The position numbers and the translations under genes are program-made. From Arenicellales bacterium (GTDB taxonomy: Bacteria > Pseudomonadota > Gammaproteobacteria > Arenicellales > Poriferihabitantaceae): a stretch of 64,000 bases of DNA. Position 1 is the first letter of the stretch. Each line of letters begins with the position of its first letter. The notes below the pieces were generated by a model, which saw only the letters and a program-made list of their open reading frames with translations, was not told where the DNA came from and ran no database searches. Below are positions 57,952-64,000 of the stretch, one piece after another. The DNA lies in contig CBDDOJ010000002.1 in assembly GCA_965231865.1 (NCBI GenBank), forward strand, positions 493,837 through 557,836, read 5' to 3'.

Positions 57952-58308
57952 ATGTCAACTGCTTTTGTCTTTGAATGCTCCAGGGAGATTTTCTCGGAAG
58001 AGGAAATCTCCTTGCTGGAACGATACGGCAACCAATTTCAGCGGTTAATGAATGGGGACAGAGTACCAATGACTGCTGCGCAGCAAAGATTTGTAGAAGT
58101 TGCCCATGGGAGATGCAAGCCAGAAACCATCTATGAGAAGGTGTGGTGGAAATACATGTGGCGATTAAGCTGGGAAAAGGACCCGGCTAACAAGGCGGTT
58201 ATGGGCGAGCGAAGGTACCTTCCAGATGACAGGGGGGACTGGAAGAGGATGCGTGGCACGGTATGGTCCGACATGCAAAGGCGCTCAAAAGGGCTGGGCG
58301 GAAGCTGA
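57952..58308 (+). CDS. DUF413 (MaoP/YifE-like) protein
   Basis: 118 aa with FSEEEISLLERYGNQFQRLMNGDRVPMTAAQQRFVEV..CKPETIYEKVWWKYM, which parallels the E. coli YifE pattern. Confidence 0.7.
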   Translation: MSTAFVFECSREIFSEEEISLLERYGNQFQRLMNGDRVPMTAAQQRFVEVAHGRCKPETIYEKVWWKYMWRLSWEKDPANKAVMGERRYLPDDRGDWKRMRGTVWSDMQRRSKGLGGS

Positions 58309-58608
58309 CTTCATTTGGTCTTCCTTGCAGAGCCGGAATGCCTGTTTTGCAGGACTGTCGGGCGTTCATATTCCGTTCATGGTCAAACTGGGATAATTGT
58401 CCCCGTTTTCATATGCATCCTCCGCTAGTGGTTCAGCGCGGTATTTCAGACGATACCGCGCTGTTTTTTTGAGGGGCGGAGGTGTCTTCTCCTGAAACCC
58501 TCTGGTTTTGCCCGGAAAAAGCCAATAAAACGCCAGAAATGGTTGTAACCCGCACCGCAGTCCAGTATTATCCGCGGTCCCTTTTTTACCCGTACACACT
58601 GTAGCTTG

Positions 58609-59037
58609 ATGAAGACGTTTTCCGCAAATCCCGATAAAATCAAACGTGAATGGTACGTTGTGGATGCACAGAACAAGGTGCTTGGCAGGTTGTCGGCCGA
58701 GATCGCCCGTCTTTTGAGGGGAAAACACAAGCCGGAATTCACCCCGCATGTCGATACCGGCGATTATATTATTGTCGTGAACGCCGAAAAAGTGGTGGTG
58801 ACCGGCAACAAGTACCACGACAAACGGTACTATCACCACACGGGTTATCCCGGTGGGATCAAGGAGGCTTCCTTCCGGGAAATGCAGGAGAAGCATCCCA
58901 CCAGGATTATCCAGACCGCGGTGAAGGGCATGCTTCCCAAGAACAAACTGGGTCGTGCGATGCTGTCCAAGCTGAAAGTGTACGCGGGGAGTGAACACAA
59001 TCATCAGGCCCAGCAACCCAAGGCCCTGGAAATTTAA
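58609..59037 (+). CDS. rplM: 50S ribosomal protein L13
   Basis: [52 protein letters not shown]. Confidence 0.95.
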   Translation: MKTFSANPDKIKREWYVVDAQNKVLGRLSAEIARLLRGKHKPEFTPHVDTGDYIIVVNAEKVVVTGNKYHDKRYYHHTGYPGGIKEASFREMQEKHPTRIIQTAVKGMLPKNKLGRAMLSKLKVYAGSEHNHQAQQPKALEI

Positions 59038-59052
59038 TCGGAATCACATTTT

Positions 59053-59451
59053 ATGGTACAGGCACAAGCAACCTATCAGGGGACCGGGAGGAGAAAATCG
59101 TCCACAGCGCGGGTTTACCTGCAGCCGGGGTCCGGAAAGATCGTCGTCAACAAGATTCCGTTGGAAAAGTATTTTGGCCGGGAAACCGCGCGAATGATTG
59201 TCCGCCAGCCTCTCGAACTGGTGGAAATGCTGGGAAAGATGGACGTGAAAGTGAATGTACGCGGTGGGGGTAACAGTGGGCAGGCCGGCGCGATTCGCCA
59301 TGGAATCACCCGAGCACTGCTTTGCTACGATGAGGGACTGCGCGGTGCACTGAGAAAGGCCGGGTTTGTTACCCGGGACGCCAGGGAAGTGGAACGGAAA
59401 AAGGTAGGCCTGCACAAGGCCAGAAAACGTCCCCAGTATTCCAAGCGCTGA
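59053..59451 (+). CDS. rpsI: 30S ribosomal protein S9
   Basis: 132 aa with [14 protein letters not shown] and a C-terminal [11 protein letters not shown]. Confidence 0.95.
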   Translation: MVQAQATYQGTGRRKSSTARVYLQPGSGKIVVNKIPLEKYFGRETARMIVRQPLELVEMLGKMDVKVNVRGGGNSGQAGAIRHGITRALLCYDEGLRGALRKAGFVTRDAREVERKKVGLHKARKRPQYSKR

Positions 59452-59472
59452 CGTCCCGATACCTGGATTTTG

Positions 59473-59500
59473 CCCGGCTCGCAATGCAAGCCCGGGTTTT
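59473..59500 (+). terminator. probable rho-independent terminator after rpsI
   Basis: An imperfect stem CCCGGCTCGCA / TGCAAGCCCGGG followed by TTTT. Confidence 0.5.
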
Positions 59501-60150
59501 GCTCCAGACGGACGCAATGGGCCATTTTGGGCCCTGTCGCGACAGTCTTCCGTCGGGGGTCTCCCTGTGGAGTCAAAGGGGATATTGATGGCCAGCACCC
59601 GTTTTGCAGGAACAATTTTCGACCTGGAAGAGTTAGGCTGCTACTGTATCTGACCTGTTGGTGAGGGAACCCCAATTACTGGATTTCCTCACAAATCCCA
59701 GGTTGCCTGTCGAAAACGACTTGCCCATGCGGTTTTCCAGAACTTTTACTTGCTTTTTATTTGGCGTCTGTTTCCCGCCAAGTATCGCCATCCGTTCATC
59801 CTGAACCCGCACACCTTGCATGCCTGTGCGATGTCGGTCCTGCGGACTGTGGGTTTCTTGACCACAACTCCACAGGCCCTGCAACCAACTTTATTTGAGA
59901 TTACTCACAAACCAATCTGATCGGCACCGGATGATGGTCCGATCCGTTCTCCAGATGGAACTCCCTCTACCAACCGGGAAAGCATTCCGGCCACTTTGAG
60001 CGTACATTGAGTGAAAATTTTCCATGACTTGGCATTTTCCATGTAATACCCATGTGAAGGATAGATCGGAAGAAACATAATGTATATTTTTATATTTCTT
60101 CCACTTTATGCTATCTTGATATTCAATTATAGTGGGCCTTATATCCTGAA

Positions 60151-61245
60151 ATGGAAGAAATAAAAAAATTAGAGAAAAATTTCGTCCACTTGGCAAGGGT
60201 TGCCCTGTCAGACCGGAACCAGGATGTACAGGCCTTTCTGTACCGGATCACGAAGAGAAAGGAGACCAGTGCGGAACTGACATCGGCATTGGTCCAACTC
60301 CTCCGCAAGAACCCCACACGGTCAACGCCGTTGCGCCGCGATAGTGGTGCGGCCGTGCCAGCCGACACGGATTCGCGCTTCCAGCTTCTGCGCGTGGAGC
60401 AGGATCCGTATTTGCCGAGGGAGCCGGTTTACGCCGAATCAATCCGACTGACCCTCGGTCGGCTGGTCGAAGAGCGCCGCAATTTGCAGTTGCTTCTGGA
60501 GGCTGGCCTGGAACCGACCGGCACGGTCTTGTTTACCGGCCCGCCAGGGGTCGGAAAAACACTCTCGGCGCGCTGGATTGCCCGCGCGCTACATCTTCCG
60601 CTGTTGGTCCTTGATCTCTCGGCAGTCATGAGCAGCTATTTGGGCCGTACCGGCGCTAACCTTCGTCATGTTCTGGACTATGCGAAGTCCTTAGATTGCG
60701 TTCTGCTCTTGGACGAACTGGATGCGATTGCCAAGAGACGGGACGATGCAGGTGAAATTGGCGAACTAAAGCGGTTGGTGACCGTGCTCTTGCAACAGCT
60801 CGACGACTGGCCGTCCTCGGGACTGCTGATCGCCGCCTCCAATCATTCCAATCTGCTTGACCCGGCCGTGTGGCGACGGTTCGAGCAATTGGTTGAGTTT
60901 CCACTTCCTGATCGAGAGAGCGTTCACAAATATCTTTATTGCCTTTTTACCGAGATCGCTCCCAACGCTATCCCCTGGGCCGATGTTCTCTCACTGTCTC
61001 TGGTCGGCCGTTCTTTCGGCGATATTGAACGGGATGTGACGAACGCACGTCGTGCAGCCGCTTTGAACGGACAAGACCTCAGTCACCATCTCGTTGATCT
61101 GGTCTGTACGCAACAATGCTCCAAGCAGGAACAAATTGAAATCGCTGTCCGCCTGGTAAGAAATGGCTTGGTTACGCAACGTAAGGCGCGCGAACTTACT
61201 GGTGTTGCACGCGACACCATCCGCGTGCGCCTGAAGAAATCTTGA
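60151..61245 (+). CDS. classic AAA+ ATPase with a C-terminal HTH-like tail
   Basis: 364 aa. Walker A is GPPGVGKT, Walker B is VLLLDELD, and AASNHSNLLDPAVWRRF is present. The tail LVTQRKARELTGVARDTIRVRL is HTH-like. An AT-rich promoter-like region lies upstream. Confidence 0.85.
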   Translation: MEEIKKLEKNFVHLARVALSDRNQDVQAFLYRITKRKETSAELTSALVQLLRKNPTRSTPLRRDSGAAVPADTDSRFQLLRVEQDPYLPREPVYAESIRLTLGRLVEERRNLQLLLEAGLEPTGTVLFTGPPGVGKTLSARWIARALHLPLLVLDLSAVMSSYLGRTGANLRHVLDYAKSLDCVLLLDELDAIAKRRDDAGEIGELKRLVTVLLQQLDDWPSSGLLIAASNHSNLLDPAVWRRFEQLVEFPLPDRESVHKYLYCLFTEIAPNAIPWADVLSLSLVGRSFGDIERDVTNARRAAALNGQDLSHHLVDLVCTQQCSKQEQIEIAVRLVRNGLVTQRKARELTGVARDTIRVRLKKS

Positions 61246-61269
61246 CATCACAGCGTTGACTGGAAACCA

Positions 61270-61470
61270 ATGGCACAGCAAAACTTCCTCTTGGGAAAGG
61301 GCGAACGAATGACGGCGGAGATCAGTATGAAATCCGGCGGCGGTCCCAAACAGGCACCTTACACTCCCACACGTCGGGTGAATGTTTACGTCAAGTTTGG
61401 AATTGCGGTGACACTCGGGAAAATTTTCGGATCGCGCAGGAGATGCGAATCCGGTCTGTACAATGCTTGA
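61270..61470 (+). pseudogene. possible 5' fragment of the ATPase partner gene
   Basis: The ORF starts 25 nt after the ATPase with MAQQNFLLGKGERMTAEISMKSGGGPKQAPYTP, then loses protein-like character and runs into the TfdA-like gene. It resembles the N-termini of peptidases that follow this ATPase type, from memory only. Confidence 0.3.
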
Positions 61471-62419
61471 TACCACTCCATTGCATCCCCGGTATGGCCG
61501 TCGGGTTGACGGTGTTCAATTGGCGGAGATCACGGCTGAACAGGGTTATCCGGAAATTCGCAGGGCCTTCGAAGAACATTCCCTCCTGCACTTCCCGGAC
61601 CAGTTGCTGGATGATGCCGGGCACCTGCGACTCGGTGCATTGTTTGGCCCCCGGGAAGACCGTTCTTTGAGACCCGACCAGCCGAACCCCGCGGTTTCAC
61701 TGGTTTCCAATGTCCGGGAAGATGGCCGTGTCTACCGGGAAGGGGACCGGCGACTGCTCGACTTGCAATCCAACATGCTCTGGCACACGGACAGCACCTT
61801 CCTGCCCGTGCCGGCCCTGGCCAATATCCTGGTTGGCCGGGTTGTACCGCCTTCCGGAACCGCCACTGAATTCACTTCCAGCCGTATTGCTTGGGAGGAG
61901 ATGCCGGAAGCACTGAAGGACAGGGCCAGAAACCGCTATTTCAGGCATGACTACACGTATTCCAGGCGCAAGGTGGATGCGGCCCTGGCCGAGGAAGAGA
62001 AGTTTACCCACTGGGGGCAGCAGGTCTGGAAATCGGTATGGACCAATCCTGTGAATGGCCGCGAAGCCCTGTACATTGCGTCTCACGCCTGTGATGTGGT
62101 TGGAATGCCGGACAGGGCCGCCGCCCTGGCATTGATTGATGAACTCACCCGGTGGTGTACCCGGAAACAATATGTCTATACTCATCAGTGGAAAGAGGGT
62201 GATGTGCTGATCTGGGATGAGCGGGCCGTCCTGCACCGGGGGGTGCCGTGGAACTACCGTGAAGCACGTACCCTGTCCAGTATTTGTATCTCGGCGACCA
62301 GCGAGGACGGACTGGACGAAATGCGGTATTCCCCCAATGAGAGCAGGAGCGTTGAAAACCGGAATCAGGGCGCGGCCGGGGCAACCGCATCCCTGCCCGG
62401 TACACATTATTTCTCCTGA
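61463..62419 (+). CDS. TauD/TfdA-family Fe(II)/2-oxoglutarate dioxygenase
   Basis: 318 aa with the WHTDSTF (HxD) motif, GDVLIWDERAVLHRG and TATEF. Confidence 0.85.
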   Translation: MLDTTPLHPRYGRRVDGVQLAEITAEQGYPEIRRAFEEHSLLHFPDQLLDDAGHLRLGALFGPREDRSLRPDQPNPAVSLVSNVREDGRVYREGDRRLLDLQSNMLWHTDSTFLPVPALANILVGRVVPPSGTATEFTSSRIAWEEMPEALKDRARNRYFRHDYTYSRRKVDAALAEEEKFTHWGQQVWKSVWTNPVNGREALYIASHACDVVGMPDRAAALALIDELTRWCTRKQYVYTHQWKEGDVLIWDERAVLHRGVPWNYREARTLSSICISATSEDGLDEMRYSPNESRSVENRNQGAAGATASLPGTHYFS

Positions 62420-62425
62420 ACACCA

Positions 62426-62935
62426 TCAGAGCAACTTCGCCAGTCTTCTAAGACGCTGCATTATTTCGTTTCTGGGAAGAAAGACAAGACCATCATCGTG
62501 GAAAAGTTGCAGAGCGTCATAAAGCCGGGGCAATGGAACGATATCATGCTTTTCCAGTTCATCTGTAATCCACAGTACACCTCGAACTTCTACCCCGTTG
62601 CCCTTTGATACGTTTCGTAGCGATCCGTCTCCTGTCAGCAGGATGCTGTCTTCAATGTCTTCGGCAAGAACCAACGCGAAACAGTCATTCAATTTCAGCG
62701 GATTATGTTCGTTGAAATATCGTTGTGCTCTTGTAACCGAAGCGCCCGGCAATTCGCGGACTTTCAGTCCACACTGCCGCAGAGCAATTTTTTCGCCATC
62801 ACTGATGCATAGCCACTCATCTTCGAACAGTATGTCGGGCATTACGAACGAATAGGGCAGGCGCAGAAAATCCTCCAGGAGGGACGCCTTTCTAAGATCA
62901 ATCATACATGATGTATCACTGACGACTATCCGCAT
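62426..62935 (-). CDS. PIN-like nuclease-domain protein
   Basis: 169 aa with an N-terminal MRIVVSDTSCMIDL, and the later segments LNDCFALVLAE and ILLTGDGSL. It overlaps the upstream ImmA gene by 20 nt. Confidence 0.65.
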   Translation of the reverse strand: MRIVVSDTSCMIDLRKASLLEDFLRLPYSFVMPDILFEDEWLCISDGEKIALRQCGLKVRELPGASVTRAQRYFNEHNPLKLNDCFALVLAEDIEDSILLTGDGSLRNVSKGNGVEVRGVLWITDELEKHDIVPLPRLYDALQLFHDDGLVFLPRNEIMQRLRRLAKLL

Positions 62936-64000
62936 TACTCCCAGCGGGCCCCTTTAATCCTTCTTCGATTACTGATGCCGGCTGCTGTAGCAACTCGGTT
63001 GCTTTGCCCAATGAAATAAGCCCTTCCGCCAAAGCCCGATAGCAAAGCCTTTCAAAACGCCGAGGAAGTTCAAATTGTCCCTCATTGCCGGGTCCTTCCA
63101 GTGGCACGGGTTCGGTTTTTCTCCACTTTCTGGCAAACCTCTGAAAAGCATACGCAAGAGTAGAGCTGTTGATGATACCGATTTGCTTTAAGCGTACAAG
63201 CAATGCAGCGGCGCTCACACGATACATGCGTTTTAGTTGAATGAGTTCGTTGTAACCAAGCGCATTGCGATGCCGTCCGATTTCCCTGATAAGATGCTCC
63301 TGCGGAATGAGAAAAGCTCCGGCAAATACGTTCGACGCTTTTTCGTGGTCCACAGGCGATATTTTGTCCAACAGTCGATGGGCCAACTCATGTGCAAGCG
63401 TGAGTCTGCGCCTTTCAAGTGTAATATCCTGATTGACGATAATGACTGGGACCTTGTTTTTGTGCTGCGGTCGACGAACAAGGCACGTCAAGCCGGAAAC
63501 CTTTTCCGGTAGGGGAATTACAAGCACTTTAATACCCTGCTCCTCCAGCAGGGCAGTCATGTTGGGGATAGGGTCCAGTCCCAGTTTCCATTCTTTGCGC
63601 AAGTCTTTGGAAAGCGTTTCACCGTCATTTTCCGCGTCGAGACTGCGATTTCCGCATCGGGGCTCCTGCCATGCGTTACTGTCGACATCCAGGATTTTCT
63701 CGATTGCAAGGTATCTTTGCAAGCGGTCGATGACGGTTGCCTCGACTTTTGCGCGATCTCGTGCGCTCGTTCTGGAAAGCTTGCGAAACTCGACAGCTTC
63801 AAGTTTTTCAACCTGGTCACTAAGCAGGTATTGGGTTGATACATCCAGAAGCTTCGTCAGGCGCAGCAAAACACCCGAACTCGGCATCATTTCGCCGCGC
63901 TCGTATTTTCCGATTGCTTGCGCCGAGACCTCTTTTTCCAGTGCCTCTGCCAGGCCCCGCAAGGAGTATCCAGCCTTCTTTCTGGCGAGCTTTAAACGCT
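62916..64000 (-). CDS. XRE HTH + ImmA/IrrE zinc-metallopeptidase fusion, N-terminus lies beyond the window edge
   Basis: The reading frame stays open to the window end (..RLKLARKKAGYSLRGLAEALEKEVSAQAIGKYERGE). The HEXXH motif is LAHELAHRLL, followed by FAGAFLIP. Confidence 0.85.
   Translation of the reverse strand, partial: RLKLARKKAGYSLRGLAEALEKEVSAQAIGKYERGEMMPSSGVLLRLTKLLDVSTQYLLSDQVEKLEAVEFRKLSRTSARDRAKVEATVIDRLQRYLAIEKILDVDSNAWQEPRCGNRSLDAENDGETLSKDLRKEWKLGLDPIPNMTALLEEQGIKVLVIPLPEKVSGLTCLVRRPQHKNKVPVIIVNQDITLERRRLTLAHELAHRLLDKISPVDHEKASNVFAGAFLIPQEHLIREIGRHRNALGYNELIQLKRMYRVSAAALLVRLKQIGIINSSTLAYAFQRFARKWRKTEPVPLEGPGNEGQFELPRRFERLCYRALAEGLISLGKATELLQQPASVIEEGLKGPAGSNADSRQ

Noticed and set aside
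59640-60060. Possible degraded tyrosine-integrase fragments on the minus strand (..TVRRTDIAQA.., ..SGRNAFPVGRGSSIWRTD..) that would mark an integrated element after rpsI
   Set aside because: The similarity rests on 2-4 residue patterns scattered over different frames. This cannot be distinguished from chance without a profile search.
61697-62407. 236-aa minus-strand ORF
   Set aside because: It is antisense to the TfdA/TauD dioxygenase gene, which has the WHTD motif. This is a shadow ORF.

Overview
This is a GC-rich chromosomal segment that looks gammaproteobacterial. Most of it is housekeeping backbone. In order, the backbone holds a partial LysR regulator, DUF1127, hemJ-trmL, gpsA/secB/rhodanese, ctpA, dapF-DUF484-xerC, and a convergent PPi module (hppA and pfp). 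Next come rpmH-rnpA-yidD-yidC-mnmE, then mnmG, a Cys/Met PLP enzyme, gor and apaG. A tungsten-type aldehyde:ferredoxin oxidoreductase operon follows (FeS subunit, AOR, FAD subunit, MoaD-like, 104-aa ORF, MoaD-like) with moaA. The rest is fabA-fabB, ctaA, a LolA-like protein plus MMPL exporter, an MlrC-like peptidase, betC, coq7, glcDEF, a MaoP/DUF413-like gene, rplM-rpsI and a TfdA/TauD dioxygenase. No rRNA, tRNA or CRISPR was found. Several small insertions interrupt this backbone, most of them visibly more AT-rich: (1) 1.2-4.6 kb holds an AbiL-like AAA_21 ATPase + RloB pair plus a two-domain PD-(D/E)xK nuclease. (2) 6.75-7.9 kb holds a decaying SDH/ClpP-fold protease module inside the normally contiguous secB-gpsA unit. 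(3) 17.5-24.5 kb, directly upstream of rpmH, is a toxin-antitoxin/IS patch. It contains hipBA bracketed by a 236-bp duplication of the pfp 5' end, an intact 1.8-kb IS, a frameshifted PIN toxin with an intact RHH antitoxin, a HigA-like antitoxin coupled to an AbiJ-like protein, and an IS remnant. (4) 57.2-57.9 kb is a gene split by a single in-frame TGA. (5) 59.9-61.5 kb holds an AAA+ ATPase whose downstream partner is truncated. (6) 62.4 kb to the window end holds an XRE-ImmA/IrrE protein plus a PIN-like gene. The best candidate for an undescribed system is the pair at 28.4-31.0 kb, wedged between mnmE and mnmG. It is an ExbB/MotA-like channel protein plus an ExbD/MotB-like single-pass protein carrying a ~350-aa internally duplicated coiled coil, with no TonB/TolA/flagellar/Zorya partner nearby. 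All functional calls come from motif recognition by eye in the translations; no database search was run.
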